Source: Flexivirga oryzae (lineage in GTDB: Bacteria; Actinomycetota; Actinomycetes; Actinomycetales; Dermatophilaceae). From it: a stretch of DNA of 32,000 nucleotides. Under the pieces are notes generated by a model that made no database searches, had not been told where the DNA came from, and worked only from the letters and a program-made list of their open reading frames with translations. A program made the translations under genes and the position numbers. The DNA lies in contig NZ_JACHVQ010000001.1 in NCBI RefSeq assembly GCF_014190805.1, positions 1,926,689 through 1,958,688 of the forward strand, in the 5' to 3' direction. Within the stretch, counting starts at the first letter, position 1. Each line of letters begins with the position of its first letter. This document shows positions 1-8,202 of this stretch, one piece after another.

Positions 1-37
1 CCTCGTGCATGTTTCGTCACTGCCATACGCTTTGGTT

Positions 38-904
38 ATGAATTGGACACTGCGTGAGCTGCAGGTGTTCGTCGCGGCGGTCGAGACAGGATCGTTCACC
101 GACGCCGCCATCGAGTTGCACATCTCGCAGGCCGCCGTCTCCCGGACGATCGCCTCACTCGAGCGCGGTGTCGGTTTCCAGCTGCTGCGCCGGATCCCGC
201 GCGGCTGCGAACCGACCAACGCCGGCCTGCAGGCCCTGCCGCACGTGCGCCGGGTGCTGGGCGAGGCGGAGCGTTTCGAGCGATTCCTGCACACCCGACA
301 CGCCCACCTCCGGCTCGGGTACGCCTGGGCGGCGCTGGGGCGCCATACCGCACCGTTGCAGCGCCAGTGGGCCCGGCAACACGAGGAGGTCGAACTCGAA
401 CTGGTCCGGCACAACTCTCCGACGGCGGGGTTGGCGGACGGTGCCTGCGATGTGGCGATCGTGCGCCGCGAGATCGACGGACGCCGGTTCGGCTCCGTCA
501 TCGTCGGGTTGGAGGACCGGCTCGTCGCGTTCGCCGCGGACGACCCGCAGTGGGCCGGCCGGCGACGACTGACCATGGCCGAGATCGCCGACCGCACGGT
601 CGTGATCGACCTGCGGTCCGGGACCACGAGCGAGGAGCTGTGGCAGCACGCAGCCAAGATGCCGCGGTTCACCGAGACCACCGACGTCGACGCCTGGCTC
701 GACGTCATCGCCGCGGGTCGCGGCGTCGGCACCACCGCAGAAGCGACCGCCCATCACCATCCTCGGCCCGGGGTGAGCTACCGCCGCATCACGGACGGCC
801 CGCGCATCCCGGTCCGGCTCGCGTGGTGGCGTGACGAACGCCCGCCGGGGCTCGCGGACCTCATCGACGCCGTCACCCGCCTCTATGCGGACTCCGGGAA
901 GTAG
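38..904 (+). CDS. LysR-family transcriptional regulator
   Basis: ORF 5..904. N-terminal wHTH signature LRELQVFVAAVETGSFTDAAIELHISQAAVSRTIASLE, then a LysR-type effector domain. ATG at 38 (MNWTLRELQ) fits family N-termini better than GTG at 5. Confidence 0.9.
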   Translation: MNWTLRELQVFVAAVETGSFTDAAIELHISQAAVSRTIASLERGVGFQLLRRIPRGCEPTNAGLQALPHVRRVLGEAERFERFLHTRHAHLRLGYAWAALGRHTAPLQRQWARQHEEVELELVRHNSPTAGLADGACDVAIVRREIDGRRFGSVIVGLEDRLVAFAADDPQWAGRRRLTMAEIADRTVVIDLRSGTTSEELWQHAAKMPRFTETTDVDAWLDVIAAGRGVGTTAEATAHHHPRPGVSYRRITDGPRIPVRLAWWRDERPPGLADLIDAVTRLYADSGK

Positions 905-937
905 CCCGGCCAAGGTTGCAGGCCGTCCTATGACGAA

Positions 938-966
938 GCAGGGCACGCCGATTCGGCGTGCCCTGC
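938..966. terminator. Bidirectional hairpin between convergent LysR and pdxS genes
   Basis: Perfect 13-bp stem gcagggcacgccg / cggcgtgccctgc with loop att, lying between the two stop codons (904 and 994). No clear U-tract. Confidence 0.6.
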
Positions 967-993
967 GGTCGAAGAGTTCGTCGTCTCAGCGGA

Positions 994-1887
994 TCACCAT
1001 CCGCGCTCGGCGAGTCGGTGCGGCTGCGCGATGTCCTCGACGTTGATGCCGACCATGGCCTCGCCCAGGCCACGCGAGACCTTCGCGATGACGTCGGGGT
1101 CGTCGTAGAAGGTCGTCGCCTTGACGATCGCCTCGGCGCGCTGCGCCGGGTTGCCCGACTTGAAGATGCCCGAGCCGACGAAGACGCCCTCGGCGCCCAG
1201 CTGCATCATCATCGCCGCGTCCGCGGGAGTGGCGATGCCACCGGCGGTGAAGAGCACGACCGGGAGTTTGCCGGCGGCCGCAACCTCCTTCACGAGCTCG
1301 TATGGCGCCTGCAGCTCCTTGGCTGCGACATACAACTCGTCCTCGGGGAGGTTCTGCAGGCGGCGGATCTCCTGGCGGATCTGCCGCATGTGGGTCGTGG
1401 CGTTCGAGACGTCACCGGTGCCGGCTTCGCCCTTCGAACGGATCATCGCTGCGCCCTCGGTGATGCGGCGCAGCGCCTCACCCAGGTTGGTCGCACCACA
1501 GACGAAGGGAACGGTGAACTCCCACTTGTCGATGTGGTTGGCGTAGTCGGCCGGGGTGAGCACCTCCGACTCGTCGATGTAGTCGACGCCGAGGCTCTGC
1601 AGCACCTGCGCCTCGACGAAGTGACCGATCCGCGCCTTGGCCATCACCGGGATCGAGACGGCCTCGATGATGCCGTCGATCATGTCCGGGTCGCTCATCC
1701 GCGAGACGCCACCCTGGGCGCGGATGTCGGCGGGGACCCGCTCAAGCGCCATGACCGCGACAGCACCGGCGTCCTCGGCGATCTTCGCCTGGTCCGGCGT
1801 GACGACGTCCATGATGACGCCGCCTTTCAGCATCTCCGCCATACCGCGCTTCACTCGGGCGGTGCCGGTCTCGGTCACGTTCGTCAC
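994..1887 (-). CDS. pdxS: Pyridoxal 5'-phosphate synthase lyase subunit PdxS
   Basis: C-terminal 297 aa of ORF 994..2358 is full-length PdxS-like ([14 protein letters not shown]...[10 protein letters not shown]...[30 protein letters not shown]). GTG at 1885-1887 follows AAGGAG by 8 nt. The upstream 157 aa of the ORF is Arg/Pro-rich extension. Confidence 0.95.
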   Translation of the reverse strand: MTNVTETGTARVKRGMAEMLKGGVIMDVVTPDQAKIAEDAGAVAVMALERVPADIRAQGGVSRMSDPDMIDGIIEAVSIPVMAKARIGHFVEAQVLQSLGVDYIDESEVLTPADYANHIDKWEFTVPFVCGATNLGEALRRITEGAAMIRSKGEAGTGDVSNATTHMRQIRQEIRRLQNLPEDELYVAAKELQAPYELVKEVAAAGKLPVVLFTAGGIATPADAAMMMQLGAEGVFVGSGIFKSGNPAQRAEAIVKATTFYDDPDVIAKVSRGLGEAMVGINVEDIAQPHRLAERGW

Positions 1888-2086
1888 TTCGGGGACTCCT
1901 TGCTGAGGTCTGGGGACACTCCCAGGATACGGCGCGCGAAAGGCAGCTTCATGCCAAGAGGGCCGACATGACACGATCCGGCCACGGCATACCCCGGCCA
2001 CCGAACGCCCGCACGCCCACGCGACAGGCCCAGAACGCACCGAGAGGCCCAGTAATACCCCTGATTTTCGGGGATTTCGAGCGCTA

Positions 2087-2124
2087 TTGGTGAGCCTGTC
2101 GGCGGTTGGTGAGCCTGTCGGCAG
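2087..2124. repeat. Tandem 19-nt direct repeat (2 full copies plus degenerate flanking copy)
   Basis: ttggtgagcctgtcggcgg (2087-2105) followed by ttggtgagcctgtcggcag (2106-2124). A degenerate third unit ttggtcagaggccgtcgg covers the stop codon of the 2132..2707 gene. Confidence 0.8.
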
Positions 2125-2131
2125 GGGTTGG

Positions 2132-2707
2132 TCAGAGGCCGTCGGGGAGGCGGTCGTCGAACTCCACCGTGATCGGCAGCGGGGTGTGACCGGCCAGGCC
2201 GAGGAACCGTACCTGCGGTCGCTGCCGCAGCCGGCGCACGTCCCGGACCGCCTCGTTGTGGAAGCGGCGGGCGATCTGCACCCTTTGACCGGCCGAGCGC
2301 AGGTGCTCGACGATCTCCGGCCAGCCGTCGTTCTCGTCCCGCAACTCGGCGACCACATCCGTGCTCAGTGTCGTGCACAGCACCTGGGTGAGGGTCGACT
2401 CGGTCTGCGCGCGGTCCGCCCCGATGCCGTCGGCCCGCACCCCGCCGCCCAGCGTCGCCACGTCCGCGGCCTCCAGCGAGGCGCTCGCCGCGTCGGCCAG
2501 CAGCGCGGCGCTCGCCGGGTCGAGCGCGCCGGACCCAGCGACCTCGCGCACCACCTCGGCCCGACGCACCAGTTGGGCGTCCAACGACGAGACCGAGCCC
2601 TCGACCTTGGTGTGCAAGCGGTCGAGACGGGCGGCGGTGTAGGAGAGATACCAGGCCAGCAACGCGATCACGGCGATGACGACCGAGGTCCAGGCGAGCA
2701 GCCCCAT
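2132..2707 (-). CDS. Conserved membrane-anchored protein, unknown function (LemA-like N-terminus)
   Basis: 191-aa ORF with one N-terminal TM helix ([19 protein letters not shown]), then [27 protein letters not shown]. Its ATG overlaps the pimA stop by 1 nt (TGATG), so it appears to be the last gene of the PIM operon. Confidence 0.7.
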   Translation of the reverse strand: MGLLAWTSVVIAVIALLAWYLSYTAARLDRLHTKVEGSVSSLDAQLVRRAEVVREVAGSGALDPASAALLADAASASLEAADVATLGGGVRADGIGADRAQTESTLTQVLCTTLSTDVVAELRDENDGWPEIVEHLRSAGQRVQIARRFHNEAVRDVRRLRQRPQVRFLGLAGHTPLPITVEFDDRLPDGL

Positions 2708-3882
2708 CAGCTACGACCCCGCATCACGCGCCTGCCGCGACTGGCTGAAATCGTCTGCACCGCACCAGGATTCGCAGCCCGACACGTTTCGTAGACGTCC
2801 ATGACATCCGATGAGACCCGGGACCAGTCATAGTCCCTGGCCCGTATGGCGCCCGCGGCCGCCAGCGCGGACCGGCGTCCCGGTTCGGCCAGCAGACCGA
2901 GCACCGTCTGCGCCAGCGACGCCGGGTCGGCGGTCCGGAAGAGCGCCCCGGCCCGGCCCTGGTCCAGCACGTCCGCGAACGACGGCAGATCGCTGGCCAC
3001 CACCGGGACCCCGGCACTCATCGCTTCCACCAGGATGATGCCGAAACTCTCCGCGCCGGTGTTCGGCGCGACATACGCATCGACCGATCGCAGGAGTGAC
3101 GACTTGTCCTGCTCGCTGACCAGGCCGAGGAACTCGGTCGCGGCCCGCACCCGGTCGCTCATGCCGCGCAGGGCTTCGCGCGGGTCCCCGGGGCCCGCGA
3201 CGAACAGCCGCAACCCAGGGACGGCGTCCAACAGGTGCGGCATGGCGTCGAGCAGCACGGCGAGTCCCTTGCGCGGCTCCTCCAGCCGCCCGAGGAAGGC
3301 CAGCGTCGGCCGCTCCGGGCTCCCCTGCCAGTGCGGTGTCAGCGGCGCGGAGGCGAAGCGATCGACATACACGCCGTTGGGGATGATCACCGCATCGGCG
3401 GCGCCCTCGTGCCGGTGAATGGTGCGTAAAGCCTCGCGGGACACCGCAATTCGTCCGCTGAGCTTCTCCAGTTGCGGTTCCAGCAGCGGCATGATCGTGA
3501 GCAGCGCGCGCGACCGCATGGTGCTGGAGTGGAAGGTGCCGACGACGGCCCCGTCCGCGGCCATCATCGCCAGCATCGACAGGCTCGGGGAGAACGGTTC
3601 GTGCACGTGCAGCACGTCGAACCCGCCGCGGTCGATCCACCGGTTGACCCGGGCCGCGGTGACCGGACCGAAGAGCAGTCGCGCCACCGATCCGTTGTAG
3701 GGCACCGGAACCGCACGCCCGGCGGAGTCGACGTACGGCGGCAGGTCGTCGTTCTCGTCCGAGGGCGCGAGCACCCGCACGTCGTGCCCCCGCGACAGCA
3801 GGTGCTCGGCCAGGTCCCGCACGTGGAACTGGACTCCCCCGGGCACGTCGAACGCGTACGGGCTGACCATGCCGATCCTCAT
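2707..3882 (-). CDS. pimA: GDP-mannose-dependent phosphatidylinositol alpha-mannosyltransferase (GT4), PimA
   Basis: MRIGMVSPYAFDVPGGVQFHVRDLAEHL start, C-terminal GT4 motif ESFGIILVEAMSAGVPVV. It sits after pgsA1 and the acyltransferase as in the mycobacterial Rv2613c-Rv2610c cluster. ATG 3880-3882 overlaps the upstream stop (ATGA). Confidence 0.9.
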   Translation of the reverse strand: MRIGMVSPYAFDVPGGVQFHVRDLAEHLLSRGHDVRVLAPSDENDDLPPYVDSAGRAVPVPYNGSVARLLFGPVTAARVNRWIDRGGFDVLHVHEPFSPSLSMLAMMAADGAVVGTFHSSTMRSRALLTIMPLLEPQLEKLSGRIAVSREALRTIHRHEGAADAVIIPNGVYVDRFASAPLTPHWQGSPERPTLAFLGRLEEPRKGLAVLLDAMPHLLDAVPGLRLFVAGPGDPREALRGMSDRVRAATEFLGLVSEQDKSSLLRSVDAYVAPNTGAESFGIILVEAMSAGVPVVASDLPSFADVLDQGRAGALFRTADPASLAQTVLGLLAEPGRRSALAAAGAIRARDYDWSRVSSDVMDVYETCRAANPGAVQTISASRGRRVMRGRS

Positions 3883-4805
3883 TGAGCAACCCGCGAAGAA
3901 TCGGATCCGGTGAGAAAGACGCGTTGCATCATGTGCCAATCCTGCGTCCGCTCCCTGATGGTCTCCCCCAGCGAATCCATGCACTGCTGCGTCATCTCAC
4001 CGACCTGCGCCCGCACCGATCCGACACCCGACGCCGTCACCCGCGGCCCGAAACGGGCAACCACCCGGTGCGCAGCGCGCCCCGGGATCGGCTCGTACGT
4101 GACGGCCAGCGGGAAGAGCGCGGCGCCGGTCTGCATCGACAGCAGCGCCGGTCCGATCGCCGCCCGGCTGCGGTGCCCGCACAGGTCGACCTCGACACCG
4201 GTGCGGGACAGGTCGCGGTCGGCGAGCAACGGCACGAAACCACCGGCCGAAATCGCCTGCCGCAGCTGCGGATAGACGTTGTCGCCGCCCGTCAGCGGCA
4301 GGATGCGCATCCCGAGCGACTCGCGGAACTCGACGAACGCGTCGAAGACCGACTCCGGTTTGAGTCGCTCCGCGACCGTCGTCACCGGCGCGAAATGGTG
4401 CGTCGCCCACGCGCCGCAGTGGTCCCAGTTGCCCAGGTGTCCCAGGAAGAGGATCAGCGGCTCGCCCCGGTCCAGAACCGCTTGCGCCTCGGCGCTGTGC
4501 CCGGTCAACCGGATGCGTTCGACGAGCGTGTCGGGTGTTTCTCGCGGCAGCCGGAACGCGTCACACCAATAGCGCAGGTATGACGAAAGGCCTTCCAGCA
4601 CCAGCTGATCCAGCTCCGCTACGGACAGTTCGGGGCGGACCGTCGCGTAGTTGGTGCGCAGCTGTTCGACCGACCGGCCGCCACGCCGGTACATCAGGTG
4701 CGCCACCTGGTCGAAGGCGCCGTACGCGAGGCGTTCCGGCATACGACACACCAGGCGCCAGGCGGCTCGGTAGGCGAAGCCTTCCGCGCGCTCCCGCAGG
4801 GTCAC
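3879..4805 (-). CDS. patA: PIM acyltransferase (LPLAT/HtrB family, PatA-like)
   Basis: HX4D motif HLGNWD, about 308 aa, located between pgsA1 and pimA. GTG at 4803-4805 overlaps the pgsA1 stop (GTGA). The upstream 130 aa of ORF 3879..5195 overlaps pgsA1 and is rejected. Confidence 0.85.
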   Translation of the reverse strand: MTLRERAEGFAYRAAWRLVCRMPERLAYGAFDQVAHLMYRRGGRSVEQLRTNYATVRPELSVAELDQLVLEGLSSYLRYWCDAFRLPRETPDTLVERIRLTGHSAEAQAVLDRGEPLILFLGHLGNWDHCGAWATHHFAPVTTVAERLKPESVFDAFVEFRESLGMRILPLTGGDNVYPQLRQAISAGGFVPLLADRDLSRTGVEVDLCGHRSRAAIGPALLSMQTGAALFPLAVTYEPIPGRAAHRVVARFGPRVTASGVGSVRAQVGEMTQQCMDSLGETIRERTQDWHMMQRVFLTGSDSSRVAQ

Positions 4806-5437
4806 TTCGGCAGTTCCCCGGCCCCGCCCAGCGCCTGGGCACGCACGGTGAGCATCCGCTGCAGCACGGTCACGAAACTGGCGACCGCGAGCAGACCGAG
4901 CACCACCCCGAGCACCGCCGTCGGCAGGTGCAGCCACGGGATGCCGACCAGGCCGGTGAAGACCAGCACGGCGACCAGCCGCTCGGACCGCTCGGCGATG
5001 CCGACGTTGGCCGTCATACCCAGGCCCTCGGCGCGTGCCTTCGAATAGGACACGACCATCCCGAGGATCAGGCAGGCCAGTGCCAGCCCGGCCATGACGA
5101 GGTTGTCGCCGTCGCCGGCGTACCAGAGCACCAGCGCGCCGAAGATCGCCGCGTCGGCGACCCGGTCGAGGGTGGAGTCGAGGTAGGCGCCCCACACGCT
5201 GGAGCGGCCCGACATGCGCGCCATGTTGCCGTCGAGCGTGTCGGAGAAGATGAACACCGTGATGACGACGGTGCCCCAGAAGAACTCACCGCGCGGGTAG
5301 AACGCGAGCGCGCCGACGCAGACGCCGAGCGTGCCGACGATCGTGACGATGTCGGGCGAGATGCCCAGCCGCAACAGAAGTTTGGCCAGTGGCGCGAAGA
5401 ATTTGGTGATCGCCGCCCGGGCGTAACGGTTGAGCAT
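4802..5437 (-). CDS. pgsA1: CDP-alcohol phosphatidyltransferase, phosphatidylinositol-phosphate synthase
   Basis: CDP-alcohol phosphotransferase motif DTLDGNMARMSGRSSVWGAYLDSTLDRVAD, multiple TM segments, 211 aa, conserved synteny. Confidence 0.9.
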   Translation of the reverse strand: MLNRYARAAITKFFAPLAKLLLRLGISPDIVTIVGTLGVCVGALAFYPRGEFFWGTVVITVFIFSDTLDGNMARMSGRSSVWGAYLDSTLDRVADAAIFGALVLWYAGDGDNLVMAGLALACLILGMVVSYSKARAEGLGMTANVGIAERSERLVAVLVFTGLVGIPWLHLPTAVLGVVLGLLAVASFVTVLQRMLTVRAQALGGAGELPK

Positions 5438-5467
5438 GGTGCTGCCAAGGTTACCGGTGAGTCGTGT

Positions 5468-6052
5468 TCAGTCCTGCGGCCAGGCTTCGGCGAGCCGCGC
5501 TCTGGTGTCCTCCAGCAGCACCGGGAGCGCCTTGGTCTGGCCGACGATGGGCAGGAAGTTGGAGTCGCCCGCCCAGCGCGGCACGACGTGCTGGTGCAGG
5601 TGTGCGGCGACGCCGGCCCCGGCGACCTCCCCCTGGTTCATGCCGAGGTTGAAGCCGTGTGGCGCGGACGCCGCCTTGAGCGCCCGGATCGTCTGCTTGG
5701 TGAGTGCGGTGAACTCGGCCGTCTCCTCCTCGGTCAGGTCCAGGTAGGCCGGGATGTGCCGGTTGGGGCAGATCAGCAGGTGCCCGGGGTTGTACGGAAA
5801 GAGGTTGAGTATGACGAAACAGGTGCTCCCGCGGTGCACGATGAGCGCTTCCTCGTCGGTCTTGCCCTGCGCCGCGCAGAACGGGCACGCGCCGTTGTCG
5901 TCGTGCTCGGGCTTGTCGGCCTCGATGTAGGCCATCCGGTGCGGCGTCCACAGCCGCTCGAAACCGTCGGGCACCCGGGCGAAGTCGCTCTCCGGCTCGA
6001 CCCCACCCTCCGGGGTCCTTCGCGCGGCCCCGGGGTCCATCTGCTGCGGCAT
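5468..6052 (-). CDS. HIT-family nucleotide phosphorylase/hydrolase (Rv2613c-like Ap4A phosphorylase type)
   Basis: LNLFPYNPGHLLICP and histidine triad HLHQHVVPRW. Collinear with my recollection of Rv2613c (RLWTP.RM.Y ... PHGFN.G.N). First gene of the PIM operon. Start ATG 6052 (MPQQMD) or 6040. Confidence 0.85.
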   Translation of the reverse strand: MPQQMDPGAARRTPEGGVEPESDFARVPDGFERLWTPHRMAYIEADKPEHDDNGACPFCAAQGKTDEEALIVHRGSTCFVILNLFPYNPGHLLICPNRHIPAYLDLTEEETAEFTALTKQTIRALKAASAPHGFNLGMNQGEVAGAGVAAHLHQHVVPRWAGDSNFLPIVGQTKALPVLLEDTRARLAEAWPQD

Positions 6053-6141
6053 ACCGGCGATCGTATGCCGAACCGGCGCGGAACAAGCGCAGCCCACCCC
6101 TGGTTGTGCTGACCGAAGGATCGACACAGCAAGGAGAAACG

Positions 6142-6576
6142 ATGCCGCTGCAGGGTGAATACGCCGAGGAGAAGACCGGCTGGGTGAAGGACCAACTCGC
6201 CACCATCGACGAGACCGGCACAACCGAGTCGGTGGGCATCAAGGGTATGGCGGTGGTCGTCTTCACCATGCGGGGCGCCAAGTCCGGCAAACTGCGTCGG
6301 GTGCCGCTGATGCGGGTCGAGCACGACGGCGTCTACGCCGCGGTCGCATCCAAGGGCGGTGCGCCCGAACATCCCGCGTGGTACCACAACATCAAGACCA
6401 ACCCTCAAGTTGAGGTTCAGGACGGTACGTCCACCCACGACGGTGTCGCGCGCCAGATCAGCGGCGCCGAGCGCGAGGAGTGGTGGGAGCGCGCCGTGGC
6501 CGCGTACCCGCCGTACGCCGAGTACCAGACCAAGACCGACCGGCTCATCCCGGTCTTCCTGATCGAGCCTGCCTAG
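6142..6576 (+). CDS. Deazaflavin (F420)-dependent nitroreductase-family oxidoreductase (DDN-like)
   Basis: Family hallmarks SGKLRRVPLM, GGAPEHPAWYHNIKTNPQVEV, EREEWWERAVAAYPPYAEYQ.KTDR.IPVF. ATG 6142 lies 6 nt after AAGGAG. Confidence 0.85.
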   Translation: MPLQGEYAEEKTGWVKDQLATIDETGTTESVGIKGMAVVVFTMRGAKSGKLRRVPLMRVEHDGVYAAVASKGGAPEHPAWYHNIKTNPQVEVQDGTSTHDGVARQISGAEREEWWERAVAAYPPYAEYQTKTDRLIPVFLIEPA

Positions 6577-7061
6577 GACGTCGGCAGCCGGTCGGTCAGC
6601 ACCAGCTGCATCAGCGTGTCCTGCGGGCTGCCGAAGCCGGCCCGCCGGTAGAACGACCGCGCCTGGTCGGTCGCGTTGAGTTGCAGGCGGTAGAGCCCGC
6701 GCCCTTTGGCCCAGTCGACGACCTCGCGCATCAGCCGCTCACCGAGGCCGTGACCGCGCAGTTCGGGCACCACGTAGAAGCCGCTGATGTGCATCCACCC
6801 GCCGGTGGGCCGGCGCAGGCTCGGCAGGCTGGTCGCCAGGATGCCGAGCACGAAGCCGACCGGGTCGCCGGTGGAGCGGCGGGCGATCCAGGCCGGCCGG
6901 GCCTCACCTTGCTCGATCCACGCCGAGGCGAACTCGTCGAGGAAGCCTTTGCGGTTCGGCGCGCCGCCCTCCAGGTCCCAGCGCAGCGTCATACCGGCCA
7001 GCACCAGGGCGTCCTGCGCGGTGGCCCGCTCGATGCGGACGTCGTCCAGCTCGTCGCTCAC
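6573..7061 (-). CDS. GNAT-family N-acetyltransferase
   Basis: 162 aa. Acetyl-CoA-binding motif VVPELRGHGLGERLM and C-terminal ARSFYRRAGF. GTG start at 7059-7061. Confidence 0.85.
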   Translation of the reverse strand: MSDELDDVRIERATAQDALVLAGMTLRWDLEGGAPNRKGFLDEFASAWIEQGEARPAWIARRSTGDPVGFVLGILATSLPSLRRPTGGWMHISGFYVVPELRGHGLGERLMREVVDWAKGRGLYRLQLNATDQARSFYRRAGFGSPQDTLMQLVLTDRLPTS

Positions 7062-7172
7062 GTGTCGCAGTTTTCCATGCGGACGGGCACTCCGTGCACG
7101 ATCCGTCGTTCCGGCGCAGCCTTTCAGCCGCGCCGAGACGCGACGACGTGGGCTCGCGGTTCCCGCAGCACC

Positions 7173-7216
7173 GATACGGATGGATACGTTTGCGCTAAAC
7201 CGTATCCATCCGTATC
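7173..7216 (-). terminator. Long perfect hairpin at the 3' end of the ligJ-like operon
   Basis: gatacggatggatacg (7173-7188) and cgtatccatccgtatc (7201-7216) form a perfect 16-bp inverted repeat, extendable by TTT/AAA with one bulge. One arm encodes the last 6 codons of the hydratase (LIRMDT). Confidence 0.6.
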
Positions 7217-8202
7217 AGCCGCGGGTAGACGCGCGTCGCGTTCTCGGAGAACACCTGCTGCCGGACGGCGTCGGTGACGGGTGCCGCGTCGACGTACCGC
7301 TTGGTGTCGTCGAAGTAGTGACCTGTGCTCGGGTCGATCCCGCGTACCGCACCGATCATCTCCGAGCCGAACAGGATGTTGGCCGGGTCGAGCACGGTGA
7401 ACATCAGGTCGATCCCGGGCTGGTGATAGACGCACGTGTCGAAGAAGACGTTGCGCATCAGGTGCTCCTCCAGTGCCGGCTTGCCGAGCATGTCGGCCAG
7501 CCCGCGGTAGCGACCCCAGTGGAACGGTACGGCGCCGCCGCCGTGCGGGATGATCAGCCGCAGCGACGGGAAGTCGGCGAACAGGTCGCCCTGCAGCAGT
7601 TGCATGAAGACCGTCGTGTCGGCGGCCAGGTAGTAGCCACCGGTGGCGTGGAAGGCCGGGTTGCAGCTGGCCGAGACGTGCACCATCGCGGGCACGTCCA
7701 GCTCACACAGCCGCTCGAACAACGGATACCAGTAGCGATCGGTGAGCGGTGGCGCGGTGAACCTCCCGCCGCTGGGATCGGGGTTGAGGTTGCAGCCGAT
7801 GAAACCCTGCGCGACGCACCGGTCCAACTCGGCGATGGCCGCGTCGAGCGGTTGGCCGGGGCTCTGCGGCAGCTGACACGCTGCCGCGAAACTGCCCGGG
7901 AACAACCCGGCGACCCGAGCGATCAGGTCGTTGCATGCCCTGGCCCAGGCGATGTTCGCCGGGAGGTCGCCCTGGTGGTGCGCCATCGCGGACGCGCGCG
8001 GGGAGAAGATGGTCAGATCCGCACCCCGTTCCTGTGCCAGCCGCAGCTGGTTGTCCTCGACGGAGGCACGGATCTGGTCGTCACTGATGACCGGGTATGG
8101 CGGTGCGCTCGCGCCGGCCTGCAGGGCGCTGAGTTGGTCCAGACGCCACTGAGTGTGCGCGGCGGGGACGGTGGTGTAGTGGCCGTGGCAGTCGATGATC
8201 AT
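7195..8202 (-). CDS. ligJ: 4-oxalomesaconate hydratase-like amidohydrolase_2 protein (LigJ-like)
   Basis: MIIDCHGHYT start, GFIGCNLNPDP, PPLTDRYWYPLFERLCELDVPAMVHV, IIPHGGGAVP, FDTCVY, LFGSE. These are collinear with the LigJ sequence as I recall it. ATG 8200-8202 overlaps the upstream stop (ATGA). Confidence 0.8.
   Translation of the reverse strand: MIIDCHGHYTTVPAAHTQWRLDQLSALQAGASAPPYPVISDDQIRASVEDNQLRLAQERGADLTIFSPRASAMAHHQGDLPANIAWARACNDLIARVAGLFPGSFAAACQLPQSPGQPLDAAIAELDRCVAQGFIGCNLNPDPSGGRFTAPPLTDRYWYPLFERLCELDVPAMVHVSASCNPAFHATGGYYLAADTTVFMQLLQGDLFADFPSLRLIIPHGGGAVPFHWGRYRGLADMLGKPALEEHLMRNVFFDTCVYHQPGIDLMFTVLDPANILFGSEMIGAVRGIDPSTGHYFDDTKRYVDAAPVTDAVRQQVFSENATRVYPRLIRMDTV

Noticed and set aside
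2058-2076. Possible hairpin cccctgattttcgggg downstream of the membrane-protein gene as a terminator
   Set aside because: There is only a 4-bp GC stem with an 8-nt loop, which is too weak to call.
994-2358. N-terminal extensions of track ORFs (994..2358, 2707..3984, 3879..5195, 5468..6223, 7195..8334, 8202..9842, 11986..13077, 16770..17321, 23962..25476, 26105..28624, 28524..31067)
   Set aside because: The family-typical N-termini begin at internal ATG/GTG codons. These internal starts have RBS-like sequences or 1-4 nt stop/start overlaps. The extensions overlap neighbouring genes and are compositionally non-protein-like.
4535-6112. Very long ORFs antisense to well-supported genes (for example 4535..6112, 6787..8427, 21036..22070, 22231..23889, 26525..28309, 29211..31016, 19819..21186, 20147..21112)
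   Set aside because: Their translations are Arg/Pro/Gly/Ala-rich low-complexity strings with no family motifs, and they mirror genes with clear homology on the other strand. This is the expected stop-codon-poor artefact of high-GC DNA.
6573-6576. Convergent DDN-like and GNAT genes share a CTAG tetranucleotide that supplies the stop codon on both strands
   Set aside because: It is real in the sequence but is a trivial consequence of compact convergent genes. It gives no evidence of a regulatory function.
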